Positions 28,517-40,777 of a stretch of DNA of 64,000 nt are shown in pieces; within the stretch, counting starts at the first letter, position 1, and each line of letters opens with the position of its first letter. The position numbers and the translations under genes were made by a program. The DNA lies in NCBI RefSeq assembly GCF_000315625.1, contig NW_005434566.1, positions 68,375 to 132,374 of the forward strand, read 5' to 3'. Source of the DNA: Guillardia theta CCMP2712 (lineage: Eukaryota > Protista > Cryptophyta). The notes beneath the pieces are model-generated. The model did no database searches. It was not told the DNA's origin and worked only from the letters and a program-made list of their open reading frames with translations.

Positions 28517-28553
<37 letters not shown>

Positions 28554-28770
28554 ATGATGATGGTGGTGGTGGTGGTGATGATGATGATGGAGAAGAAGAT
28601 GATGATGATGATGGAGATGGAAATGATGGAGATGATGATGATGACGACGACGATGATACTGATGAAGATGAGACTCGTTTGCTGATGCTGAGGCAGCGTA
28701 CGTGGCATGGCTGATGAGCGAGGCGAGGAAGGAGAAGCGGGGGAGGAAGGAGACGGCAGCGCTACCGTGA
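26834..28770 (+). CDS. Glutathione S-transferase-like protein of the cyanobacterial/algal type, probably plastid-targeted
   Basis: FHRDASCASLQARSVWLALMEKGIAY and QVPSL (GST-N), FTLADAAFAPVLE and FPRVRAW (GST-C), late exon LDFLRCSIAAPRDMGFLPVRALR; hydrophobic N-terminus followed by an S/R-rich segment. Confidence 0.75.
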
Positions 28771-29719
28771 GGGAATAAAAGAATATTCACTGAGCCTGCT
28801 AGTGTACATCAGCTGAGGTTGATGCGGTAGTGAGNNNNNNNNNNNNNNNNNNNNNNNNNNNNNNNNNNNNNNNNNNNNNNNNNNNNNNNNNNNNNNNNNN
28901 NNNNNNNNNNNNNNNNNNNNNNNNNNNNNNNNNNNNNNNNNNNNNNNNNNNNNNNNNNNNNNNNNNNNNNNNNNNNNNNNNNNNNNNNNNNNNNNNNNNN
29001 NNNNNNNNNNNNNNNNNNNNNNNNNNNNNNNNNNNNNNNNNNNNNNNNNNNNNNNNNNNNNNNNNNNNNNNNNNNNNNNNNNNNNNNNNNNNNNNNNNNN
29101 NNNNNNNNNNNNNNNNNNNNNNNNNNNNNNNNNNNNNNNNNNNNNNNNNNNNNNNNNNNNNNNNNNNNNNNNNNNNNNNNNNNNNNNNNNNNNNNNNNNN
29201 NNNNNNNNNNNNNNNNNNNNNNNNNNNNNNNNNNNNNNNNNNNNNNNNNNNNNNNNNNNNNNNNNNNNNNNNNNNNNNNNNNNNNNNNNNNNNNNNNNNN
29301 NNNNNNNNNNNNNNNNNNNNNNNNNNNNNNNNNNNNNNNNNNNNNNNNNNNNNNNNNNNNNNNNNNNNNNNNNNNNNNNNNNNNNNNNNNNNNNNNNNNN
29401 NNNNNNNNNNNNNNNNNNNNNNNNNNNNNNNNNNNNNNNNNNNNNNNNNNNNNNNNNNNNNNNNNNNNNNNNNNNNNNNNNNNNNNNNNNNNNNNNNNNN
29501 NNNNNNNNNNNNNNNNNNNNNNNNNNNNNNNNNNNNNNNNNNNNNNNNNNNNNNNNNNNNNNNNNNNNNNNNNNNNNNNNNNNNNNNNNNNNNNNNNNNN
29601 NNNNNNNNNNNNNNNNNNNNNNNNNNNNNNNNNNNNNNNNNNNNNNNNNNNNNNNNNNNNNNNNNNNNNNNCGTCTCCGTCCCTCCCCTCCCCTCCCCTC
29701 CCCTCCCCCTCTCTTCACC

Positions 29720-30997
29720 TTCAGTTGTCGATAGGCTTCTTTAAGGGAGAGCTAGGTAACAGTCACTGGCAGTCGGTGTAGAGCTGAGGGAAACAGTGGA
29801 GGAGAAGGGAAAGAAAAGGAGGAGGAGGAGGAGGAGGAGGAGGAGGAGGAGGAGGAGGAGGAGGAAACCTTATAGGATCGCATGAGGAAGTAGATGACAA
29901 CAGTAGAAGATCGTGAAACTCCCGCGCTGCAGTGCGTGAAGACCTTCCCGCCTCCCTGAGGTTAAGTGAGGAGAGCAGAGGAGGAGAGAAGAGGAGGAGA
30001 GAAGAGGAGGAGAGAAGAGGAGGATAGGGGGAGAGAAGACGGAGACAGGAGCGAAGAGCGTTCAGGGGAGGACTGAAGGGAAGAGGAGGAGGAAGGAGTG
30101 AACGGGAGCGGCAGGATGTGAGGAGGTGGAGAATCTTGGCTACCTGGATTGCATTGTTGATGAAAGAGTAGCACTCGTTGAAGTGTTTGTCTAACTTCGC
30201 CTGCGATATCATGAGCAACAGCTCTCTCAATCACCACAACTTCCTCCTCCTCCTCCTCCCCTTTCTTCCTTCCTGCTCCTCCTACCTCCCTCCCTCCCTC
30301 CCTCCGTGCTCCTCCTCCTCCTGCTCCTCTCCCACAAGCTTCTCTGCATTCTCCTCACGACAAGTCGATATCACCTTGCTATCGTCGTCGACAGCAATTC
30401 TCTTGTAGACGAAACGATCAGGAAAGAAATTTTTCTGAGATCAACAGACATCAAAGAAACATCTCTGTCCTCCTCCCCCTCCCCTCCTGCTCTTCCTGCT
30501 TCTCCTCTTCCTCCCTTCGTCGCTCTCCCACTCACTTCGTTGGGTGTGACGTTAAGAATGTGCGTAACTCCGGCCTACAGAGGTCATGTCAAGGCTTTTC
30601 TCCCCCCCACCCCCACCCCTCCCCTCCTTTCCTCCTCCTTGAACACGCACGCACGCACACACCCTCCTCCTCCGCTCTCACCACCACCACCACCACCTCC
30701 TCCTCCTCCTCTCTTATCACCACCACCTCCTCCTCCTCCTCCTCTCTTATCACCACCACCTCCTTCAACGCATGCATTCTCCCTCTCCCCCCCCCTTCTC
30801 ATGCCTCCTGTCTCGACTTACTTCCTCCAGCACTCCGTCCCGGCATGCGATGACAACTCCCCCGATGTAGAGACCCTCGCAAGCCTTGGAAAGCGTCAGG
30901 GCGGGAAGGAAGAGGGAGGCAGGTCAGAGGGCAAGTGGACGATGATACTGCAAGGGTGAGTAGAAGCAGGAAGAATGATGATGATGATAATGATGGA

Positions 30998-31029
<32 letters not shown>

Positions 31030-31153
31030 GGAGGAGGAGGAGGAGAAGGTGGTGGTGGAGGGCGTCGAATCAAAGAAAGGAAGAGGCTGAGCATGCCGCA
31101 TTACCAGCTGAAAACCACTCCAGACTTGTTCCTTCATCTTTCTCTGCTAGCAT
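29720..31153 (-). CDS. Dual-specificity protein phosphatase; 3' end falls in the N gap
   Basis: GLYIGE, GVTHILNVT, YKRIAVDD, LDKHFNECYSFINNA, KVFTHCSAGVSRSSTVVIYFLM (HCx5R motif), LSLKEAY. Confidence 0.92.
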
Positions 31154-31291
31154 GTCAGCACAAGACTCCTCCTCCTCCTCCTCCTCCTCCTCCTCCTCCT
31201 CCTCCTCCTCCTCCTCCTCCTCCACTACCACCACCACCACCACTTCTCTCGTTCCGGTCGTTTTTTGTGTCCATCTGATCCTCGTGGTTCA

Positions 31292-32110
31292 GGCGCGCTC
31301 ATGGGCAGGGCCGTTGGGTTCGCGCTCGAGGTCTTGAGTCAGCTGCTCCTGCTGCCTCAGCCTGACACGTCTCGCAGGCTCTTCATCGACATCTCGGCGA
31401 CGTTGGAGTCTTCCAAGACTGCTCGCATACATCAACGTGTGCTCTCCTCCCTCCCTCCCTCCCTCCCTCCCTCCCTCCCTCCCTCCCTCCCTCCCTCCCT
31501 CCCTCCCTCCCTCCCTCCCTCCCTCCCTTCCTCTTTTCCCCTCTTCTCTTCCTCGTCCCTCAATCCTTCAACTTGCCTCACTCGTTTCTATTCTTCTTCC
31601 TCATGATCTTCTCTTCAGGTGCGTCAACCCTGCCATCTACTCGATCGTTGGTGCTGCTGCTGTGCTGGCTGGAGTGACTCGCATGACGGTGAGCCCCACG
31701 ATCGCCTCCTCCTCCTCCTCCTCCTCCTCCTCCTCCTCCTCCTCCTCCTCCTCGTCCCCTCATCTCTCTTCTGTGTTCTTTCCTGGCGACTTCCTGACTT
31801 CACTTGCTCCTTGCCTGTACTCATTCCAGGTATCCCTGGTGGTCATTATGATTGAGGTATACAAGCAGCTGTTTCCTTCACCTTCAAATTCCTTCTCTTC
31901 CTCTTCCTCTTCCTCTTCCTCTTCCTCTTCCTCTTCCTCCTCCTCCTCCTCTTCTCCTTCCTCTGCCTCCCCTTCCCGTTCTTCTTGTTTCCTCTGCGCT
32001 TTCCTTTACCCTTTCTTTTTCCTGATCTTTCCTCCTTGTTGTATTTAATTTGAGCCGCAGGTCACCAACGGGATGCAATACGTGCTTCCTGTAATGATAG
32101 GAATTATTAT
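31292..32110 (+). CDS. Fragment of a CLC chloride channel/antiporter (late transmembrane helices only)
   Basis: GALMGRAVG, VNPAIYSIVGAAAVLAGVTRMT|VSLVVIMIE|VTNGMQYVLPVMIGII; no N-terminal exons are present. Confidence 0.85.
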
Positions 32111-32344
32111 NNNNNNNNNNNNNNNNNNNNNNNNNNNNNNNNNNNNNNNNNNNNNNNNNNNNNNNNNNNNNNNNNNNNNNNNNNNNNNNNNNNNNNNNNN
32201 NNNNNNNNNNCCTCCTCCTCCCTCCCTCCCTCCCTCCTCCCCCCCCCCCCCACCCCCACCCCTCCTCCTCCCTCTTCGTCCCTCCCTCACCCCATTCTCC
32301 TCCTCCCTTCCTCCCCTCTCCCTCCTCCCACGCACCCTGACGGC

Positions 32345-32960
32345 AGGTGTCGGTTGGTCAGCCCGTTGTCAAGAGAGATGGAGCCGCCATGAGCCTGCTG
32401 AGGACGTCAGGCGACAGGAGCAGCTCTCGCCCTCCCAGCACGCTCACATGCCCCGCGTTCTCCTCCTCCTCCATCCTGTGCACGTGGTTGCCCCGCGCTC
32501 CCTGTAGTGCCGGGAGCATGGCGTACGCGGTGATGTGCGTCAGCTTCGCGTCTCCCTGCTTGCCTCATCTCAGAGTCTCGAGAGCATCACAGCCAAGGCC
32601 CCACATGTCTTGTCTTGTCCGCGCTCGCTCGCACGTTCCATCGATCGCCCGCGAGGTAACGAGAGCCTTGGCAGCAGCAAGTGAGCAGCGAGGAAGGAGG
32701 GAGAGCAAGGGCACCTGCTACGGGCAGGACATCCGAGACAGACCGGGCGACGTGCCTCCCCTCGTCAAGGTTCGAGAAGAACTCATCGTACCTCGACTCT
32801 TTCGCCTGGACCAACCAACGTTCAAGGCAGTCAGCAGAACATCCGTCCTCACCTGCACTCCCTGCCCCTTGGAGCGCCAGCCCTGCTGCCTAGGATGAAA
32901 CATCCTTCTCACCTCCAGGCACACAACGCGAGCTTGAGATGCATCGGCACTGGCTGCATT
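32345..32960 (-). CDS. Multi-exon hypothetical protein fragment running into the N gap
   Basis: Short GT-AG introns separate open segments AKESRYDEFFSNLDEGRHV..., GSRYLAGDRWNV... and QGDAKLTHITAYAML... Confidence 0.45.
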
Positions 32961-33389
32961 GGTGGAGGGTCAGAGGTTTCTACACGTCATGCATGCCCTC
33001 TCTGATCACTCCCATTCTTGTTATCCTTTCCCTCCTCTCTCGTTCCCTTTTCCCCTCCGTCCCTCCTGATTGTCTCAATTTCCTGCACTTGTTCACTTGC
33101 TTTCCCTCTTCCTTTCGTCTCATCTCCTCCCTTCCCTTTTCTTTTCTCTCCCTTTTCTTCTAATCCTCTTCCCGTACACTTTCCTTATCTGCTCGTCATT
33201 TGTTCTTTTCCCGTCTTAATTATTTCCTTCCCTGCTGCTGTGCTGTTCTGTTCTGTGCTGTGCTGTTCTGTGCTGTTCTGTGCTGTGCTGTTCTGTGCTG
33301 TGCTGTGCTGTTCTGTTCTGTGCTCTCCCCTCCTCTCCCCTCCCCTTCCCTTCGCTTGGTCTCTTTCATCATTTTCGGCCAATCAGCTT

Positions 33390-33720
33390 TTACTCGTTTA
33401 CCACTACCCACCCACCATATGTCCTTATTGTACCCTACCTCATCGGTCGAATATTCAACTTGTACCCCCATTTTGATAGTATAAAGTACCCGTACTTCAT
33501 ATACCTTACCCAATGTGTGTGATTTCCCACCCCTACTTTGAACAAAAACAAACCTTGAGCCCACCCACCCTACCTAAATGAGACCTTATTGGTACCCCAC
33601 CCTACCTTTGTAACAACCTTTAATTGGATTTGAGATGTCTGGTAGGGTTCTTTTGTCACCACCCCACCCCTAGTGTGCAGAGGTCATTCTATGGCCTGAT
33701 CCGAGATGGTACCGGCCCAA
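33390..33720. other. ACCC-rich, CpG-poor intergenic tract of the same type as 9720-10130
   Basis: Repeated ACCC/TACCC runs ending near CATTCTATGG and a short CCGG block. Confidence 0.5.
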
Positions 33721-33843
33721 TGGCGAAGGTGGGGAAGGAGGAGGAGGAGGAGGAGAAGGAAGACGAGGGCGAGGAGAGGGATGAAGGCAAGGAGGAAGGC
33801 AAGACAGAAGAGCAGCTAGTCATGGAGTCATTGGCTGTTAGCT

Positions 33844-35640
33844 CTAAACAGGATCCTTGTTAGATTCTTCAGACAGGGATGGATAATAATCTGAGAGCAT
33901 GCGAGCCAGCCAACACGGCTGCACCTCATGACGTTGACATGTTTTACCAGCTTGACGAGCAGGGAGAAATTGAGGAACACGTTCCCTGTGTTGTACAGGA
34001 GTTCTGCACCGGTGAAGGTGATCGAATACAGCAATGTCGTAGATCGCAAGAAGAGAAGATACTCGAGGATTCAGGTAGACGTGTCGAAGTCTCGATGTGC
34101 CCATGACGGTCGACTGGTATCAGGTGACGGCTTTCATCATGAGCTGCCTGTCGCTGCTCGTGTATGAGACCGACGGCATGTCTGCCATGTCAGAGGTAAA
34201 AGGAGAGAAGTGATGAGGAAGGCTGTAAGGTTCGCCATGAGATCGCCTTCGAAGTCTTTCTTCTCTTGTGGAGAGGTATCAATGAGTTTTTCCATGACGA
34301 GTTCGATCTTTCCGCTGTCTGGTGATGATCGTGCAACTTGCTTGCCGTGCAAGGTTTCCTGACCGTTCAGCCAGGCACCACGGGGGTTTTCTGCTTGTTT
34401 ACATGATCTTTCAGTACAACAAGAGATGGCAGAAACAATACAGCGACCTGGCTGTCCACATGCAGGTTGAGTAGATGACGATGTTTGTATCGATTCGTTG
34501 ACGATGGCCTCCAAGATCTTGCACTTCCCGATGGTGTTGTGGTATTTAGGGGGTGAAGTCGTGAAGGGATGTGAGTGGATGTATTGAGCAAGAGGACAGG
34601 AAGGTATCACAGCATCCTCAGCAACGCTTCTCTCAGATCTCTTTGTGTGTTGCTCTTCAGACCCTCGTGGATACTTTCAGGTTCCCCCGCTGTTCCTTTC
34701 AGTGAGCTCATCCCAACATCAGTTTCCTTCCGCTTCTCCTCCATGGCGATGGCGACGGTGAACAGCCTAAGGCTGCTGGTGAGCTCCCATGGAGCCTCTT
34801 GCGCGCATGTCAAGAAGTTCATGGCATGCAGGACGGACTCATCCTTGCTGCTCTCACCTGCGTCTATTTCCTCTTGGACCTTTACTGGTGAACGAGGCGG
34901 GGGATTTCTGATGGGAACAGGAGGAGGGCTGAGCGAGAAGGAAAGCAGGGGCAGGGGCAGGGGAAGGTTGGGGGAAGGAGGGGAGGGAGGGGGAAGAGGG
35001 AGGGAGGGAGGGAGGGAGGGAGGGACGATGGTCAGTCCGTTGCAACTGCTCATAGCTAAGAAGGTCGAGCTGCTTCTTCGGGAGGGTCGGACCGAGCCAC
35101 GTGCCCCTAACTCTGATATCTTCCTCCTGCGGTATCACTTTGCCCTTTCCCGCCTCCTTTCTTTCTTATGCCCCTCCATCCCTCTTCTTATGCCCCTCCA
35201 TCCCACTCTCTAACTTTTCCCCGCCCCTTTCTGTTACCTCTCTCTCCATCTCCGTCTCCCTCTCCCTCTCCCTCTCCCTCGCTTCCCTTCGCTTTCTTCC
35301 TCCCTTAACGTCCTTGACGAGCCCTTCCCCAGGTATTATCCTTGCTATCCTAGCGAGCAAACACAAAAGGTCTCTGCAGAGAAGCTCGAGCTGAGCAGCT
35401 CCGATGGTGATCTGAACTTGTGCTCGGACTTTCCTGGCGTTGGGACGTGTCCCCTTGCCCTCCACATCCGGACTGCGGGCTCGAAGGAGTGGACAGGAGG
35501 AGGAGTGAGGGAAGAGCAGTGCAAGATGCGGGAGCAGGCGACGGGATCAGTTGAGGAGGGCACATGGCACTTCGGAGTGTCTCAGTCGGGAGGGGTGGCA
35601 GGTGCGGGCCCACTAGCAGCTGCTCGCGTTTACCTACACT
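33844..35640 (-). CDS. Hypothetical gene or pseudogene
   Basis: Series of non-repetitive minus-strand ORFs (34137-34610, 34607-35053, 35166-35465) separated by pyrimidine-rich intron-like tracts; no recognised motif. Confidence 0.35.
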
Positions 35641-35706
35641 TGCTTCCCGCTGAGAGTTGTTGCTGGCAGGGATTTAGAGAGGCTGTGGGTGCTCCTTTTA
35701 CATCTC

Positions 35707-35828
35707 GGACTATCATTGAAAGTATTCTACGATGAAGTCACAAGTAGGACTATCATTGAAAGTACTCTACGATGAAGTCACAAGTAGGACTATCATTGAA
35801 AGTATTCTACGATGAAGTCACAAGTAGG
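35707..35828 (+). repeat. 40-bp tandem repeat x3
   Basis: (GGACTATCATTGAAAGTA[T/C]TCTACGATGAAGTCACAAGTA)3. Confidence 0.93.
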
Positions 35829-35898
35829 CGAGAACTGTACGCCACGTTCCCACCGTCCCAGCTTCCTCTTCGTTCTGGGTTGTTCTCTCCTCCTCTTC

Positions 35899-37083
35899 CT
35901 CCTTCGTACGTCATGTGCTCGCAAGCCCTGTGCCCTCAGCCTCTCTCGCACCTCCAAGACAACTTCGAGCAGCTCTCCGTGTCCTCCAGCACCGACGACG
36001 ATCCCTCCGAGTCGCTCATCGACCAGCTCTCAAGCCCCCTCGCGTCCCCTCGGAGCAAGATGAGCGTAGACGACACGTCTGCACAGGACTGCGGAGCTCC
36101 TCGACGAGATCAGCAGCGGGAGGGTGGGAGAGGACCGGCCGACATGATCGGTCCATGCCGAGCGAGAGCCGAGCTTAGAGCATTGTATGAAGGTGTGATG
36201 TGGTATCGGACAAGGTCTGGTATGTCAGAGTGATCACGTTACGTGCTATGAGATCGCTGAGAAGATTTTGCGCATGCTCCTGACAAGCAGTTGGCTGCTG
36301 CCGGTCTGACAGTACTTGACGTTGTTGACAAATCAAACTTGACGCCCCGAAGGCTTCAAGATCAAAAGGATCTTAGAAGCAGAACTTGATCTCAAAATTA
36401 GACACTCACGTTGAAAGAAATTGCCGAACACACGGCAGTTTCTCACTCAGCTTTGAATTCACAGCAGCAGCGATTCAATCAATTATATCAATTCATTTAC
36501 AAACTCATAACGAAACAATCGTCACAACAATTATTGATTACATATTATATCATACCCCGTGCAATACGAAACGCACAGGCTCCACTTGGCTCCTTTGAGT
36601 TCGCCCTTTTTCTTCCCCATCACTATCACTATCACTTTCTCTATCTCTGTCTCTGTCTCTGTCTCTATCTCTGTGTCTATCTCTGTCCCTGTTCCTCCCT
36701 CCCTCCCCACACCTTCAGCACTCACAGCCTCATCCATTCTCCTGTCGAGCTTCTTATCCAAGGACGATTTTCAGCGCTCAGAAGCTTGATGCAATGCTCT
36801 AAGCTCTCAAGCTGCTTCGCTCGGCATGGACCGATCGTGCCGGCCGGTCCTCTCCCACCCTTCCGCTGCTGATCTCGTCGAGGAGCTCCGCAGTCCTGTG
36901 CAGACGTGTCGTCTACGCTCATCTTGCTCCGAGGGGACGCGAGGGGGCTTGAGAGCTGGTCGATGAGCGACTCGGAGGGATCGTCGTCGGTGCTGGAGGA
37001 CACGGAGAGCTGCTCGAAGTTGTCTTGGAGGTGCGAGAGAGGCTGAGGGCACAGGGCTTGCGAGCACATGACGTACGAAGGAG
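35899..37083. repeat. Long inverted repeat: arms 35899-~36185 and ~36792-37083, spacer ~600 bp
   Basis: The same peptide (PSYVMCSQALCPQ...GGRGPA) is encoded on + (ORF 35772) and - (ORF 36722); only a few substitutions separate the arms. Confidence 0.95.
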
Positions 37084-37699
37084 CGAGGGCGGTCAACACT
37101 ACAAGATACGCGGTGTCGGCACCTACACCGTGCTGGGGTAATTACAAGTGAGGAGCCTACTACCCTGAATTTATGGGACTTGTGGGGGTGGGTCCTCTTT
37201 ACTATGCTTTACCGCAGGATACGAGATCGCACCTCTCCAGCCCTGCTCCGGCACCGTACCCTCCTTCAGGGGGTGGGTCATACGGGGACTCTTGAGGGGT
37301 AGTCGAACCCGTCGGCCTCGATCTGTACGTACGGTCGCAGTGAGATTGAGAGGCGCGCCCGGTCGCACGCCTCAACGGTCACTCTGCTCGTACATTTTTA
37401 TAGACTTGAGTAAAAGTTTAGTACCAGTGTCATGCTGAATCATGGACCGTCAGACGCAACTTCGGCTAAGTCCGGGTCGGACCGTGACTGAGCGGCCGCC
37501 AGCACCGCGACGCCGACCGTACACTACGGTAGTACCGTCGGTACTACGGGCACGGTAGTGCAACTAACGGGTGGGCCGGCCCGATACTCCGAGTCAGGCG
37601 TGCCACCGGGTGACCCGGCGTCAGCGGCCCGCCCGGCCGGCGGCGGGCTCGGCCCGCGGACCGGCGGCCGGTCCGCCGGGTCACGGCCCGGCCGCCCGC

Positions 37700-39972
37700 C
37701 ATTCTGGGGTCTTTCGTGGAAGTCACAAATCGACGATATTTGTATTTCGTTTCTCAGGGGAGGGGTGGATACCGACCCCCCCGTTTTTGCGGGGTATTAA
37801 GCTGGTTTTCGGTCGGTGGGGGTCACCTCGAACTTGAGCTAGCACTGGGTAAGTCGAAAAGACTCCTCTTGGATTACCGTTACGATTCAATTTGAAGTAA
37901 CGAGTGGTCAAATAGTACCCCACCCCACATCTTACATTCCATGAAGGGGGTCCTGAGCCCAAATTTCGAATCATTGTTATTTGACCTGAATCACTACCCC
38001 CTACCCCCAATCCAAATGAAATCGCTGGAAAAAATAAGGTAGAGGTGGTCTTATTCCTCTACTCCACAGGGCGACACCACAGGCCAGGGCAAGAGGCGAT
38101 GGGGAAGGCACCTTACCAACGCGCTAGATACGATTATGCAAGCTTAGAGACTTCGAATCTTGATGTAGTCTAACATGATTGAAAGCAGAACTATGAAAGT
38201 GTTGCCATCTGGCATGCATGCCTCGATTTACGGACAGCCGATATCCCTCACTCTGGTGATAAAACCATTCAGCGTGTGGTTGATACAAAATTACGTTGCA
38301 AAGGCGTGCTGCAACTTGCTGCATTGCTTGATAGAACATATGCGTTCGACTCGATGACGATAGAGCGATTCAAAACCATCATGATTCTGTGGATAGTTCG
38401 ACAGATTGATCACTTCTTGGATACACAGCAGAGCTGGCTTTTCGCATCCTTGTTCAAAATCCTTGTTCAAATCAGTTTCCCACAGAGCGGCCTTTAGGTA
38501 AGATAGCCCTACAGCTTGCCTCATCGGACTATCGCTTTCTTCCGAAGTCCAGGCTCTTCATGCCCCGCATGAACTTAATGCCGACGTCGTGTTGGGCGAC
38601 ACTTCAAGTTTCACATGGATACGCCATGTTCTCGCCAAAGTGCTAATGAAGACTTGCAAATGCTTTGCGATGTTTCATCTGGTTCATTCTTACTGAAATA
38701 TACCACCTTGAAGTGTGCTTGTGCTTGTGTTGTTCTACATCTGCACCATGCGCTTGCAGCACTGGATTGAATTGAATACATCAACTGTCATTTCTCATGT
38801 CTACACCTGAGTGTATGCATGCGTGCATATCATGGAAAGAAACATGTCATCTTACGATTTCCAAATAGTGATGCATGTTAGCGTTGTAAATGCTAATGCT
38901 AAACATCACTGGTTTTGCTTGTCAATGACAACTTGAGCAAATCACAAGAGGTTTTCACAATTACAAGAAGCATGCATACATGATGCGGTTGACTTTACAA
39001 GAAATTCACACAAACATTTGTTGGTTCATTTCTGTGCATGTCTCCTTTATGTATGGAACGCATCATTAGGACTCTAAGCTTACGGTTGAACATGACTGCA
39101 ATGAAAGAAACCTTAATGAAGTGCGCATGTTAATCACGGTATGCTGAAAGGAAAAAAAATGTTTACGTGTATGAGATTGCTCTCAATCACAGCGTCAACT
39201 TTGTGAACATTCCATGGATTCATATTGCTCTTTTTATCATTATAATGTTGAATTGAATAATGCTCACTGTCATGCATAGTGAAACCCTCGACTTCAAAAT
39301 GTCACAACCATCGAAGGTGTTGGAGCTTTGAATCATCGAATATTTCCATGCTTTCTGTTCTTTGTCACTGTCCGAAAATAAGCCTGAGACTATTCATATC
39401 AGCATTTTAACCCATTGCAGCAAGAAAATTCCAAGGCTGTCGATCACTGTTGCATTCGTCGCTCCTAGTTTCCATCAAACGACGAAACAAACCTTCTCCC
39501 GGTAGATCTACTGGCAAAGTGCCATGTAGGGCTTGACAATGGTCTTGCATGGCACGGTACGAAGAGCTTCCTTGTCAAGATGCGCCATGTTGCAGTTATC
39601 TGTAACTCAACCTTGCACAGGCCGTGAGCGTGTGTAAGGCATGAAACTCAGGAGGAAATACATTTCGGAGGAGAGCAGAGAGATCCAGAAGCGTTGTGAC
39701 TGAGGGAGCTGAAGAATGGAGAGCGAAGAGTACAACTTGCAAGGGCAGGCAAGGCCCGAGGGAGGAGGGGCAGCTCAGGGGGAAGCGTGGAAAGGGGGGG
39801 AAGGCGTGTGCCCCGGCTTCAAAATTTAAAAAGCCATTAATAAACAGGATCATGGACATGAACCTGAAATATTACTAATTAGATTTCAGGTATAGCTGAA
39901 AATCGACGTATGACCCCCCTTTCCGCACCCACCACCCTCCAGACTACAACTTCCACAAAAGACCCCAGAATG
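37700..39972. mobile_element. Putative non-autonomous or decayed TIR element, 2273 bp, AT-rich interior
   Basis: CATTCTGGGGTCTTTCGTGGAAGT (37700-37723) vs ACTTCCACAAAAGACCCCAGAATG (39949-39972): 23/24 inverted match; CGC on both flanks (37697-37699, 39973-39975). Confidence 0.6.
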
Positions 39973-40580
39973 CGCCGTCACAGTGACCCGGGCCGGCCGC
40001 CCGGCCGCGGGCAGCGCCCCGCGGCCGGGGCGGCCCTGAGAACTCACAGCGGCGGTCACCGTCACAGTGAGTGTAACTTGGACCTCATTTGTCGCGACTA
40101 TCTGCATCCCCCGCCGCATTCACATTGAATCATTGAATGATTGTTCCTGCAGCGGCGCGGCGGGGCCCGGCGGGCGCCCCGGCCCCGCCGCCCGGCCTGA
40201 TCGGCCCGGCCGGGGCCGATCCGCCGCCGGTCTGGGCCGGTCCGATCACATCGCCCCGCGATCCGATGATCGCTCGGCTCAGAGTCAGCGGCCCGCCCTC
40301 GGACCCCCGGGCCGCGGCCGCGGTACCGTACAAGGCTGACTCGAAACTTGCCAAGTTGTGCTCCGTCGCGGGCCCACTTCACTATCAGTCGGACTCCCGA
40401 TGACCGTAAACTTGTGACAGCGATGAGACTAACCCCAGGCTTATACTGGCCAAGCCTCTGCGGTGTCCGACTGAGGCGAGGCCCGGGCCCGGGCCCCACT
40501 CACTGAGTCAGTGAAACTTCACGGTCCGAGTCACTGTCACACAGAGCCTCGGAGTGGCACTGTCACTGCCGTCGCCGCCG
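39973..40580. promoter_or_regulatory. GC/CCGG-rich island upstream of the gene at 40778
   Basis: Same composition and motifs as the other islands; ends ~200 bp before the ATG. Confidence 0.45.
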
Positions 40581-40777
40581 CTGCCGCAAGAGTTGTGTTT
40601 TCTCCCCCTAATTGCTGAGCTAAATGAATATTGCTGCCCTCGATCAGTGCTTGGTGACGCAATGCTATGCGCTAACTGAATCAAAGGCGGAAAATACCTG
40701 GAGAGAGCAGAGAAGAACAAGAGAACAAGAGAACAGCAGAAGAGGTATTCTGCACTAGAGAAACGAGAGCGAACGGC

